From positions 352,001 to 416,000 of the forward strand of contig OY970355.1 of assembly GCA_963718525.1 (NCBI GenBank): a DNA stretch of 64,000 nt, written 5' to 3'. The translations under genes and the position numbers were made by a program. The notes under the pieces were generated by a model that saw only the letters and a list, made by a program, of their open reading frames with translations, had not been told where the DNA came from and did not search any database. Origin of the DNA: Candidatus Dormiibacterota bacterium (GTDB lineage Bacteria > Chloroflexota > Dormibacteria > Aeolococcales > Aeolococcaceae). The number at the start of each line of letters is the position of its first letter. The first letter of the stretch is position 1. Shown here one piece after another: positions 29,625 to 39,127 of this stretch.

Positions 29625-30611
29625 TCAGCGGGCGTCGCCCGCCATCTCAGGGAGGCGTTGGGGCTCGCGAATCCACCCTCGCGATGGGTACTGGGCGAGC
29701 ACCTCGTCGATCTCGATCAACTGCTCCTCGCTGAGGCGCTTACGCCACCGACCTGGCTGCTCGCGCGTGACCCGGATGTTGCTGAATCCCTCGCCGGGGC
29801 GGTTCGATTCCCTGAGGAAACGCTCGATCCCCTCGCTCCAGGTCAGACCAACCTGATCGCAGACCTCCCGGATGCGTACCTGGGAATCCACGCACAGCTC
29901 CTCATGGGTGACGACCAGCCACTCGGGGTGATGGTCAACCTGATCGCTGAGGACGGTGGTCAGGAGGCCGACCCAGGCGGCGGTTCGCTGGGTCACGCTG
30001 GCTTCGGGACCGGGCGCGCTGATGCCGAACGGCTCCAGGTAGCGCTCCCGCACGGCCGGCCGATCGAAGAGGTCGAACCCGTGCACTCCAAGCTCGATCC
30101 ACGAGGAGATGGTGTTGAGCGGGTGGCGTTGGATCACCACCACCTTGGGGTCGTAGTGACTGATGAGCCACTCGGCATAGAAATGCGCATAGATCGATTT
30201 GACGATCACGTGCGGCGACCGTCCCGGAAGCGACGACATCGCCTGCGCAGTCCGTCGGAGGAGCGGATCGCGTATCCCGCGTGGGAGGCGGAGTGCGGCA
30301 CGGGCTGCGCTGCGGCGCAGCCCGGGTTTGTTCGGGATGCGGTTCGTGAAGGAGAGATCCCAGAGCGCTCGAAACTGTGGCGCGGCGTCATCGCGCTCGA
30401 TGATCGGGTACGGGCCGAAGCCCAGCCGGCTGACTCCGGTGCCGGTCGGGTCAGCGTCCACGTTGTCCGGCTCCTTCACCATGCGCGTGCCCTCGGCGTG
30501 CCCGAGTGCGGTCGCCAGCCAGCGGGTGCCGGAGCGCGCGACTCCGAGGAGGAGCAGGCGGTCGGGGCGCCCCGACACCATCGGTGCGGGGCTCTGGTCG
30601 GTGATGGTCAC
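29625..30611 (-). CDS. PAPS-dependent sulfotransferase 1 (subtype A)
   Basis: 5'-PSB loop GVARSGTRW, EPDN, IVKS, 3'-PB motif QRHPLNTISSW, VTHEEL; GAGGAG RBS before the GTG at 30611. Confidence 0.85.
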   Translation of the reverse strand: MTITDQSPAPMVSGRPDRLLLLGVARSGTRWLATALGHAEGTRMVKEPDNVDADPTGTGVSRLGFGPYPIIERDDAAPQFRALWDLSFTNRIPNKPGLRRSAARAALRLPRGIRDPLLRRTAQAMSSLPGRSPHVIVKSIYAHFYAEWLISHYDPKVVVIQRHPLNTISSWIELGVHGFDLFDRPAVRERYLEPFGISAPGPEASVTQRTAAWVGLLTTVLSDQVDHHPEWLVVTHEELCVDSQVRIREVCDQVGLTWSEGIERFLRESNRPGEGFSNIRVTREQPGRWRKRLSEEQLIEIDEVLAQYPSRGWIREPQRLPEMAGDAR

Positions 30612-30631
30612 GCGATCTCCTCGGTCATTCG

Positions 30632-33600
30632 CTAGTCCTTCTTGGCCGTCTCGATGTATGCCTTGATGCGCGCCCGCGTGTCCGGAGCGCTGCTCGGAAG
30701 GGATGAGAGCGCCGTGTTGAAATCGACCACGGCCTGTTGCTGAGCACCCTGCTGGATTTCGATCCATCCGCGCGCCGCGTAGAGATTCGCAAGCCCGAAA
30801 CCATCGACCCCGGCCGGCTGCGCGTATGGGCCCACGTTGCCGATGAACGTGCTGATCGCCTGGTCGATGGCCTTCAGGGCCGCACTCAGGTTGCCCAGCG
30901 AGAGGTTGGTCTCAGCAAGGTCGTCGTACGCTCCTGAGCCTGACGAGGACAGCTGGGCGGCGCTCGCGCAATCGGTCAGCGCATGCGAATAGTTGTGCTG
31001 CAGCACCTCGGCGTGGCACTCATGCGCCAGCACAGATGCGACCTGTACCCCAGGGAGGGCAAGCGCGTTGGCATAGTCGGCGGCGGCACGCTGATCGCTG
31101 CCGAGGGCCGTCGCCAAGTCCCCGCCGGCGACATACAGCAGTGACGACTGCGGGTCGAGAACCAGCGCTCGGTTGTACACGGCCTGCGCATCCTGGTAGT
31201 CGGACACGGCCACCAGCCCGTCGATCGCGGTAAGGAGCTCGCCCGCGGTCGCAGATGGATTCAGTGCCGCTGTTCGATAGTCGGCAATCGCCGCCGTCAG
31301 GTTGCCGATGACGCGATACGCGACTGCGCGCCGCAGATAGAGGTCCGCCTGCAGCGGGGACAGTTGGATCGCCGCGGTGTAGTCGTGGACGGCCGCGGCG
31401 CCGTTCTGTCCACCGTTCAGATAGCAGTCCCCGCGGCCGACGAAAGCGGTGAGCAGCCCGGGGAATTGCTGCAGCGCCGTCGTGTAGTCGGAGATACACA
31501 GGTCGGGCTGCCTGGCGGCCCGCTGCAGGCGAGCGTCGTCGAGGGAGGACCCAAGGATGGTCGGAGCCACCGAACCCGCCTGCGCAGCCTCCGACAGCAG
31601 GCCCGGCGACACGCTGCCCGCACTCCCGCACGACGCAAACACAAGCGCAACCACGAGCAGCCCAACGCCTGCGCCCACGGCGGTGGCCGGCCTGGAAATC
31701 GTCGCGGCGCTGGGTGCCGGTGGCTCGTGCTCTGCGCGCAGCCGGGTGCGCGCACTGAACGCTCCGGTGACGAATCGAATGGTGACCGAGAGGAGCAGCA
31801 ATCCAATGGCAAGACCTCCATAGCCGACGTCGATGGCATAGGGATCGCCCGCGAGTGGCACCTCAGGAAGCAGCGATGGGATGCCAAACCACTCCAGGGT
31901 CACCGCCCCCGCCGTGACCGCGAGCATCGCCAGGCCGATGCCTGCCACCCATGTCGCGACGCGGGATGGCGGGAACGTCGCGTCGGGAACCGTCAGCGGC
32001 TTGAACGCCGCCACGAAGCGCAATCGGCGTGGCACTCGAATCGTGAGCCATACCGCGGCGATGAGCACCAGGATCGTGATGCCGTCCCCGATGCGCTCGT
32101 AGGGCAGCGTCGAGTAGGCGAATGCGAGCGTCGAGCTTGAGCTCTGTGAGGCCTTGAGGTGATAGAGATTGAAGAGTCCGTCGCCAAGCGTGAGCGGCTT
32201 GTGGGTGTCGAGCCGCCATCCAGGATCGTAGTAGCGACGCAGCTCCACCCAGGTCCCGTTGTCGGCATTGGTCGTCACCGTGATCTGCTCCGACGAGTTG
32301 AGTCGTATTGCAGTGACCGCGTTCGCGCGCGCGCCGAGCGCTGTGGCGGTCAGTGACGACCAACTCACGCACGGACCGGGTGTGAGCGAGGTGCTGGACG
32401 TGGCGTTGATGCTCACCGTCGTGTTGCCGGTTGCCACCGAGAATGGCCCGTAGACGCCCCAGCCCGCAGCTCGCGGCAGGCCGCCGGGCGTCAGCAGCTG
32501 CAGCGTTTGGGCACCGCTGCCCACCGTCGTCTGGATCGACGCCGGCAATGAGCCAGACTGCGACTGCACCATGAGCGCGGCGCTCCCCGGGGCGTCGCTC
32601 TGGCAGGCGTTGTCGAAACGCGGCATCACGGTGACCGCATCGGGAAGATTCGCGGGCGCAACCGGATACTGATTGTTGTCGAAGCTCTCCCGATAGGCCG
32701 CGGGGAGCCCCAGTGCCTCGAGTGCCGGTAGTGACTCCGTCGTCGCCCACGTGCCGGAATCCACGACCGCAATTGCCGGCGCGGTCGTGACAGCCGGATC
32801 GGTGGTGCTCAACCGCCAGACAAGCAGCGTGGTCGAACCGCTGCCGAGTACCGTCGGCGCGCCGAACATCGCCGACATCTGCTGCTGTAGCCATTGGCGA
32901 GTGATCCCGGGCGGGAGCGACCCCACGGCCTGGCCGCCCGGAACCACGATGTATCCCGCCCCGGCCATCTGTGTGAGGTACGGGAACAGCGGCGAGTCGA
33001 GGTAGCAGTATGGGATCAGGTTGTCGGCGCAATACAGCTGGAACGGATCACGTTGATTCACACGGGTTCCGGCGAACTTCCCGGTGAGATTCACGGCGGG
33101 ATGCGTCGGCGACGCGACGAGGAAATGGTGGTTGCGAATGTTGTCGCCGATGAGTGGCTGGCCGAACCAGAGCACAGGTCCGGGGCGACTGTCCGCGGCC
33201 AGGAGTTGCGAAAGAGCCGAGAATGACGTGGGTTCCGGCGTGGGGCTGGTGGTGGAACCCAGGCTGCCTGACTGCAGCACCACCACCGACCATGCACTCA
33301 GTGCGACCACACCGACAAGACCCAAGGCGGCCCCGCGGCGCACCAGCCGTGCACGAAGGTGCGTGTGGTTCGCCGACGCCCACTCGAAAGCGCTCGCCAG
33401 AGCGATGGGGATGAGGATCGCATAGGCGAGCGTGACGATGTAGAGGAACTTCGATCCCTCGCGAAAGAGCTTCCAACCAGGCACGTGCAGGTACATCCAA
33501 TCGTAGATCTGACCCAGAGGCGCGTTGTCGGTCTTGGCGAAAAATGCGAACAGGAGTGCAGCAACGAGCAGCCAGAGCACCTCCGGCCGGAGCCGTCGCA

Positions 33601-34567
33601 TCAGCATTGGTGTAAATGCCAGAAGCGGCAGTATCATGTAGGCTGGATTCAACGGCGCCTGGACGAGTTGTGCCGGGTTGCCCCCCGTCCAGAAGGCATC
33701 GAGCGCAGCGAGGCCGTGGCCGAGGGAGATCACGTTGAAGTTCGGCGCCTGAGGTATGGGCAGGCCGGTGCTCCCGTGATAGGTCAGCAGGGGTACCAGC
33801 CAGAACGCCTGTGTCCCGATGAATACCGCCCCCGCGGCCGCACCCAGCAGTGTCCGTCGCAGCAATACGCGCCGGTCTCGGTCGCTCACCGCGATGATAA
33901 GGAAGTACATCGCCATGAGAAGCACGCAGAGATATGCGGGCCGCACGTCGTACGCAGCGACGACGGCCAGGAGCAGGCCGGTGAGCAACGCCCAGCGAAG
34001 CGACAGCGTTCGCACTGTGCGCAGAAACGCAACGAGGACGAAGAACGAAATGACCTCCCCGAGGGCCAGCGGCACCTCGCCGTCGGCCTCGAGCATGAAA
34101 TAGGTGGCGCCGAGAAGGATCAGCGGCGTCAGGAGTGCCCATTTCGTCCTGCCCATGATCTCGCGCGCCAGGAGCCAGCCCCCAACCGGCAGCAGCACCG
34201 CAAACGGCACGAAGTAGAGGAACTTCTCGGTGAAGGCCCATCCAATGCCAATGGCGGAGAGCAAACCCGAAGCGGCGAGGACGGGAAACCGGAACGCGGC
34301 CGAAAATCGGTTTTCGCCGCCGAGCCCGAGTGAGCCATCCCATACCGATGGCCAGGGGCTGTAGCTGGTGAGCACCTGGTTGTCAGGCCAGTGCCAGTCT
34401 CCGGCCGACAGGGGCAACGGCGACAGCCAAGCGTGTCTGATGCCAATCCCGACGACCGCGAGCAGCGCCACAGTCGCCCACGGACGGTCAGTGATCCATC
34501 GTCCCTTCCCGGTCAGCCATGTGTAGGCACGCGCCGAGCGATCGGACATGCTTCGACCCGCGATCAT
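30632..34567 (-). CDS. 1311-aa polytopic GT-C-like (AftD/DUF3367/YfhO-like) membrane protein fused to a C-terminal TPR domain
   Basis: About 13 N-terminal TM helices with GDWHWP and FREGSKF; a soluble domain with RRYYDPGW; further TM helices; then TPRs (AFVGRGDCY, LYLRRAVAY..IGN..AAIADY, YAARGWI). Confidence 0.7.
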   Translation of the reverse strand: MIAGRSMSDRSARAYTWLTGKGRWITDRPWATVALLAVVGIGIRHAWLSPLPLSAGDWHWPDNQVLTSYSPWPSVWDGSLGLGGENRFSAAFRFPVLAASGLLSAIGIGWAFTEKFLYFVPFAVLLPVGGWLLAREIMGRTKWALLTPLILLGATYFMLEADGEVPLALGEVISFFVLVAFLRTVRTLSLRWALLTGLLLAVVAAYDVRPAYLCVLLMAMYFLIIAVSDRDRRVLLRRTLLGAAAGAVFIGTQAFWLVPLLTYHGSTGLPIPQAPNFNVISLGHGLAALDAFWTGGNPAQLVQAPLNPAYMILPLLAFTPMLMRRLRPEVLWLLVAALLFAFFAKTDNAPLGQIYDWMYLHVPGWKLFREGSKFLYIVTLAYAILIPIALASAFEWASANHTHLRARLVRRGAALGLVGVVALSAWSVVVLQSGSLGSTTSPTPEPTSFSALSQLLAADSRPGPVLWFGQPLIGDNIRNHHFLVASPTHPAVNLTGKFAGTRVNQRDPFQLYCADNLIPYCYLDSPLFPYLTQMAGAGYIVVPGGQAVGSLPPGITRQWLQQQMSAMFGAPTVLGSGSTTLLVWRLSTTDPAVTTAPAIAVVDSGTWATTESLPALEALGLPAAYRESFDNNQYPVAPANLPDAVTVMPRFDNACQSDAPGSAALMVQSQSGSLPASIQTTVGSGAQTLQLLTPGGLPRAAGWGVYGPFSVATGNTTVSINATSSTSLTPGPCVSWSSLTATALGARANAVTAIRLNSSEQITVTTNADNGTWVELRRYYDPGWRLDTHKPLTLGDGLFNLYHLKASQSSSSTLAFAYSTLPYERIGDGITILVLIAAVWLTIRVPRRLRFVAAFKPLTVPDATFPPSRVATWVAGIGLAMLAVTAGAVTLEWFGIPSLLPEVPLAGDPYAIDVGYGGLAIGLLLLSVTIRFVTGAFSARTRLRAEHEPPAPSAATISRPATAVGAGVGLLVVALVFASCGSAGSVSPGLLSEAAQAGSVAPTILGSSLDDARLQRAARQPDLCISDYTTALQQFPGLLTAFVGRGDCYLNGGQNGAAAVHDYTAAIQLSPLQADLYLRRAVAYRVIGNLTAAIADYRTAALNPSATAGELLTAIDGLVAVSDYQDAQAVYNRALVLDPQSSLLYVAGGDLATALGSDQRAAADYANALALPGVQVASVLAHECHAEVLQHNYSHALTDCASAAQLSSSGSGAYDDLAETNLSLGNLSAALKAIDQAISTFIGNVGPYAQPAGVDGFGLANLYAARGWIEIQQGAQQQAVVDFNTALSSLPSSAPDTRARIKAYIETAKKD

Positions 34568-34571
34568 GTCT

Positions 34572-36005
34572 CTACCCCGATGCTTCGGCGCCGGCCACGG
34601 ACATCCCGTCCGGCACGCTCGAATCCGGCGCGGATCGCCGGAGCTGTTGCTCCGTCAGCAGGTACTGGACCGCGAGCGCCAGCAGCACCGCTGCGATCGA
34701 GAGATCGCTCATGAGCGAGACGACGAACAACGAGCCGTGGAAGAAGTAGATGAGGAGTGGTTTGATGACAATCCCGGGGACGAGCACCCAGAGCAGTTTC
34801 AGGTCGGCGAGAGACTGTTGCGTATTGCTCAGCATGACCACGGCCGCGAGAAGTGGCATTCCGAGGGCGTACCACCCGATATAGCTTGCGCCGCCTTCGT
34901 AGGACTTGCCGGAGAATTCGTGGAGGATGGTGTGGCTGAGCGCTGAGAACACCACCAGCCCAAGCAGCCCTCCCACCAGGGCGATGCCGACCGAGCTGAA
35001 GACGACCGACCGCGTGCCCCGTCGCGTGGCCTGACGTGCCGCGGCTTTGGGAAACAGCACGCTGGTGACGCTGCCCATGGCGAAGAACAGCGCCCTGGCC
35101 GTGACCGTAACCGCGCTGAACTGTCCTGCCGCCTTGCCCGGGTAGAAGTGCTGAACGAGGATCACATCACTTCCCAGCAACACGGAAACTGTCACAGTCG
35201 ATGTGATCGAAACCAGCAGGAAGCGCCACAGCGGTCGCCACGCAGCAGGACCGCTGCCGCGACGGAGACGGGGCCAGACCATCACCAGCGCGACCAGATA
35301 GATCGCCGCCGCTGCGACGCTGATCCCCAGCAGCACGCCCTGCTTGCCGAGCCACAGCGTGAAGATCAGCACGAAGATCACGCGGCTGAGGGCGATGCCG
35401 ATGCTCAACGCGCTCCACGGCAGCCACCGCTGTTCGCCCTGCAATGAAGCCAGTAACGGCGATGTTGCGAACATGAAGGGCACGCCGAGTGCGCCGACCT
35501 CGATATATGAGACGGGGACTGCGAGATAGTGAGCGAGCGGCGCTGCTGCGACGATGAACGCGAGACCGATGAGAGCACCGCCCCAGGTGAGGCGCGTGAC
35601 CGTGAGACGCAGCATCGCGCTGCTCTCGACGTCGCTGCCGTGGGTGGTGGCGAGCTCCCGGCTCGTCGTCCACGCGATCAGCCGGCTGAAACCGGCGGAG
35701 GGTTGCGTGAGCACGGTGAAGAAGCTGAAGACCGCGAACACCTGGCCGTACAGGCTCGGCGCGAAGTGATGGCTGACCATCGCCTGCAGCAGCAAGCCCA
35801 GCAGCCCCGCGACAATTGTTCCGATCGCCGCCATCGCGTTGTGGGTGATGAACTGGCGGCGCTCGCGCTTCACATCGTTCCGGACGTTCACATCGGTGCC
35901 ACCCGCGCTCTCGGATGCGCTGATCGCGCCGTCCGCGGCGCCGGATGCGGTCGCCGCGTCCTCAACCGCGACGGGCACCGACGTCACGGAATTGTCGACA
36001 GACAC
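34572..36005 (-). CDS. Wzx-like oligosaccharide flippase
   Basis: About 12 TM helices; YGQV, SLQGEQR, DVILVQHF and AGQFSAV...VLFPK motifs of the MOP/PST family; GGAGG RBS. Confidence 0.85.
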   Translation of the reverse strand: MSVDNSVTSVPVAVEDAATASGAADGAISASESAGGTDVNVRNDVKRERRQFITHNAMAAIGTIVAGLLGLLLQAMVSHHFAPSLYGQVFAVFSFFTVLTQPSAGFSRLIAWTTSRELATTHGSDVESSAMLRLTVTRLTWGGALIGLAFIVAAAPLAHYLAVPVSYIEVGALGVPFMFATSPLLASLQGEQRWLPWSALSIGIALSRVIFVLIFTLWLGKQGVLLGISVAAAAIYLVALVMVWPRLRRGSGPAAWRPLWRFLLVSITSTVTVSVLLGSDVILVQHFYPGKAAGQFSAVTVTARALFFAMGSVTSVLFPKAAARQATRRGTRSVVFSSVGIALVGGLLGLVVFSALSHTILHEFSGKSYEGGASYIGWYALGMPLLAAVVMLSNTQQSLADLKLLWVLVPGIVIKPLLIYFFHGSLFVVSLMSDLSIAAVLLALAVQYLLTEQQLRRSAPDSSVPDGMSVAGAEASG

Positions 36006-36118
36006 GCCACCTCCAATCCTGCCACTGCTGGTTGGGCATTGATCCCTTCCCTGTCCCAGTCTACTAGAAAGTCTTCAGACGCCCCAAACGGGGCCGCGGG
36101 CACGCGCGCCAACTGCTG

Positions 36119-37093
36119 TTACGACGCGGTGACGGGAGGGCGCACCCAGCCGCGCGTTGGAAAGCGACGGAGCACCGTCTCGATCTCGTCAACCTCAGCG
36201 TCGGTGAGGCGCTGCCGCCACCTGGTCGGCTCCTCAGTTGCAATCCGTACTGGAGCCAGACCCTCACCGTGGCGGTTGTTGTCATTCAGGAATCGAGCGA
36301 CGTCTTCGGTCCAGACAAGTCCGACCTGATCGCACACGGAGCGGATGGTGGTCGCCGGGTCGTCACAGAGATCCTCATGCGTGACGAAGACCCACTCCGG
36401 GTGCTTGTCCACCGCCTCGGCGATGACGTGCGTCAGGAGACCCACGTGCCACGCGATTCGCGCGATATCGGATGCGTGGGCGTCCGGCGGCTCGATCCCA
36501 AGCGGCTCGACGTAGCGCGTGCGAATGATGGGGCGAGTTGCGAGATCGAAGAGCGGGATGCGGAGCTCCCTCCAACTCGACACGACGTTGAGCGGGTTGC
36601 GCTGCATGGCGATGACCTGGGGCTGGTAGCGGGCGACCAGCCACTCGAGGCTGAAGGTTGCGTAGATCGTCTTGACGACGATGCACTCCGCCCGGCCGGG
36701 CATGCGGGCCGAGAGGCTCGCCGCTCGACGCACCAGCGGGTCACGCACCGCCCGGGGCAGTCGAAGTGCGATCTGCGCGGCGGGACGGAGCTTGCTCTGC
36801 CCCCGATGCGCGAAGGGCAGTCGCCCCGAGAAGACCAGGTCCCAGAGGGGCGTGAACTGCCCGGCATCCTGGTCGGTGTCGATCACCGGGTATGGGCCGA
36901 ATCCACGGCGACCCGCGACGTCTGCCGCCTTTGGATCGGCGTCGACGTTGTCGGGTTCGTAGTAGAAACGGACACCGCGTGCCTTGCCGAGGGCATGACC
37001 GAGCCAGGAAGTTCCAGAGCGGGCAACGCCGATGAGCGCCAGCCGATCAGCCCTCGCCGGCGCGGGCGAGGCCTTCGATTTCACTTCAGACAT
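36119..37093 (-). CDS. PAPS-dependent sulfotransferase 2 (subtype A)
   Basis: GVARSGTSW, YEPDNVDADP, QRNPLNVVSSW, VTHEDLC. Clear paralog of 29625..30611. Confidence 0.87.
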   Translation of the reverse strand: MSEVKSKASPAPARADRLALIGVARSGTSWLGHALGKARGVRFYYEPDNVDADPKAADVAGRRGFGPYPVIDTDQDAGQFTPLWDLVFSGRLPFAHRGQSKLRPAAQIALRLPRAVRDPLVRRAASLSARMPGRAECIVVKTIYATFSLEWLVARYQPQVIAMQRNPLNVVSSWRELRIPLFDLATRPIIRTRYVEPLGIEPPDAHASDIARIAWHVGLLTHVIAEAVDKHPEWVFVTHEDLCDDPATTIRSVCDQVGLVWTEDVARFLNDNNRHGEGLAPVRIATEEPTRWRQRLTDAEVDEIETVLRRFPTRGWVRPPVTAS

Positions 37094-38268
37094 GCCAGCA
37101 CGTTCCTCCACTGGTCGACGATGAGCGGCCGGCCGTGACGATCGGCTAGCCACACGAGTTGCGCAGTCACCCGAGACTGCGCCGCCTCGGCACTCTCCGG
37201 TGTGGCAATGATACGAGCCACGAGTTCCGGAAGGCCATCGAGCGGTGCCTCGAGCAACCCTGGGGCGCCGCTGAGGCCCTCGAAGGCAATGGGCGTTCCT
37301 GCGATTCTCTTGCCGTGCGCGAGGTAGTGCAGCACCTTGGTCTTGACACCCGCCCCTGTTGCGAGCGGGGCGAGGCAAAGGTCGGCGGCGTCGATGATCG
37401 AATCGATGTCATCCACCGCGCCGAGCAGCACGAGTTGGGCTCCGGACTTGCCACGCCCCACCAGCCGATCGCTGCCGGGACCGCACATGACGATCGTGAC
37501 CGTGTCCGGCAGCGTTGGCGCGAGCACGTCGATCAGCCACCGAGCGGCGACTGCGTTGTGCTTCGCCGCAATGGTGCCGACGAACAGCAGTATCGGACGG
37601 TGCAGCGATCCGCCCATCTGTTCCTCGAGCTCAGCTTCGCCATCATGCAAGTGGTCGCTGGGTACGTACGCCGCATGATCGACAGTCATGAGCTTGCCGC
37701 GCAGCGGAGTGTGGATGCGGTTCCACTCCGAAGCCTCGGATTGGCCGATTGCCACCGCGATGGTGCATCGCTTGGCCGCCCAGCGTTCAAGCCCCCACCA
37801 GATCAGCTGCTTGCTGAGGTTGACCGCCGTGCGGTCGAGCCGCTCGTAATGCAGGGTTTGACACTCATTCGTGTCCCAGATCATCGGCAGACGGGTGCCC
37901 GACATCTCGACTGCCGGCATGAACATCGCGTTGGAAACGATGATCACATCCGCACTCCGCGCGTGGTGCCGGATCATCCGTGCCCATTCCCGGGAGAAGC
38001 CTCGCCACGGGCGCTGGCTGGGGACGTGAATCGCCCGAGCCCACTGCGGTGGCGGATCGAGAGGACGGCTCTCGCGCGTGCTCAAGATCGTGGGTGGTAT
38101 GCCGAGGGAAGCCAGACTTTCTGCGAGGATCCTTGATCGAACCTGGAGACCGCCGTCGGGCTCGATGATCGACCCGAAGGTCACGATCAGCGGACGGATC
38201 GCGCGTCCCTCGTCATCACCGGTGCTTCGCGCCGCCGGCTGCGGCTTGGCCGCGCTGTTCTCGTTCAT
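37081..38268 (-). CDS. Glycosyltransferase family 4
   Basis: LFVGTI..KHN, ADLCLAPL..GAGVKTKVLHYLAHGK, GTPIAFEG (GT-B C-terminal motif). Confidence 0.85.
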   Translation of the reverse strand: MNENSAAKPQPAARSTGDDEGRAIRPLIVTFGSIIEPDGGLQVRSRILAESLASLGIPPTILSTRESRPLDPPPQWARAIHVPSQRPWRGFSREWARMIRHHARSADVIIVSNAMFMPAVEMSGTRLPMIWDTNECQTLHYERLDRTAVNLSKQLIWWGLERWAAKRCTIAVAIGQSEASEWNRIHTPLRGKLMTVDHAAYVPSDHLHDGEAELEEQMGGSLHRPILLFVGTIAAKHNAVAARWLIDVLAPTLPDTVTIVMCGPGSDRLVGRGKSGAQLVLLGAVDDIDSIIDAADLCLAPLATGAGVKTKVLHYLAHGKRIAGTPIAFEGLSGAPGLLEAPLDGLPELVARIIATPESAEAAQSRVTAQLVWLADRHGRPLIVDQWRNVLACLK

Positions 38269-39127
38269 TGACTACCGGATAGACCTCATTACTTCGATCG
38301 CGGACTCGCCCGCGAAGCTTCGTGTCAGCGGCGACGTCGAGGACCGCCGCCAACTCGACTGCCTTCAGGGTGAACATGCCCGCCGTGAGCAAAGGATGAC
38401 GCCCCAATGTGCGCCAGTTGCGAACGTACGCCGCGCGGAAGATCGGGTTGCCCTGCGCCATGGCGCCACGCCCGTGCTTGCGTACGAACGCGAGGTAACC
38501 AGGAGCATAGTACCGCCGCTTCGTGTATACGGCGCGTAGCCGGGTGCGACCCTCATCGTGGTGAATCATCGCGCGCGTTCGGGGGAGGCGGCGGCGTTGG
38601 GCGACTCTTCGCGACAGGTCCCAGTCCTCACCGCCGTTCAGATCGGTGTCGAAACCGCCTGCGGCGACGAAGGCTGAGCGGGTGTAGAGGCGGGCCGCTT
38701 CGATCGTGTCGTCGCCGGTGTAGCAGCCTCGCTCCAGAGCCCGGCACGCGGTCCAAAATCCCACTCCGATGGTCTCCTCGGGGATCATGACGGCCGGTAG
38801 GCCGCTGCTGTGGAGCAGCGAGATCCCCTCGGCGACGACCCCTGGGTCAAGCACCATATCGGCATCGACGAAGAGGAGGGCAGCACCTGTCGTCAGCGAA
38901 GCGCCGTGATTGCGTTGGGCGCTGCGCTCCGGGCCGATCGTCACCACCTGGTCGGCGTACCTGGCCGCAACGGTCAGCGTGTCGTCGCTCGAATGGTTGT
39001 CGACCACAATGAGTTCCACCGCCGTGTAGGTCTGCCCTCGGATGCTGGCGAGGCACGCCCCCAACATCTGACCCGAGTTCCGCGTGGTCACGACGACCGA
39101 CACGACCTCCTGAGGGTCAGCCGGCAT
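38216..39127 (-). CDS. Glycosyltransferase family 2
   Basis: VSVVVTTRN, ELIVVDNHSSDDT, SAQRNHG, FVDADM (DxD), GGFD, GEDWDL. Confidence 0.92.
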   Translation of the reverse strand: MPADPQEVVSVVVTTRNSGQMLGACLASIRGQTYTAVELIVVDNHSSDDTLTVAARYADQVVTIGPERSAQRNHGASLTTGAALLFVDADMVLDPGVVAEGISLLHSSGLPAVMIPEETIGVGFWTACRALERGCYTGDDTIEAARLYTRSAFVAAGGFDTDLNGGEDWDLSRRVAQRRRLPRTRAMIHHDEGRTRLRAVYTKRRYYAPGYLAFVRKHGRGAMAQGNPIFRAAYVRNWRTLGRHPLLTAGMFTLKAVELAAVLDVAADTKLRGRVRDRSNEVYPVVNEREQRGQAAAGGAKHR

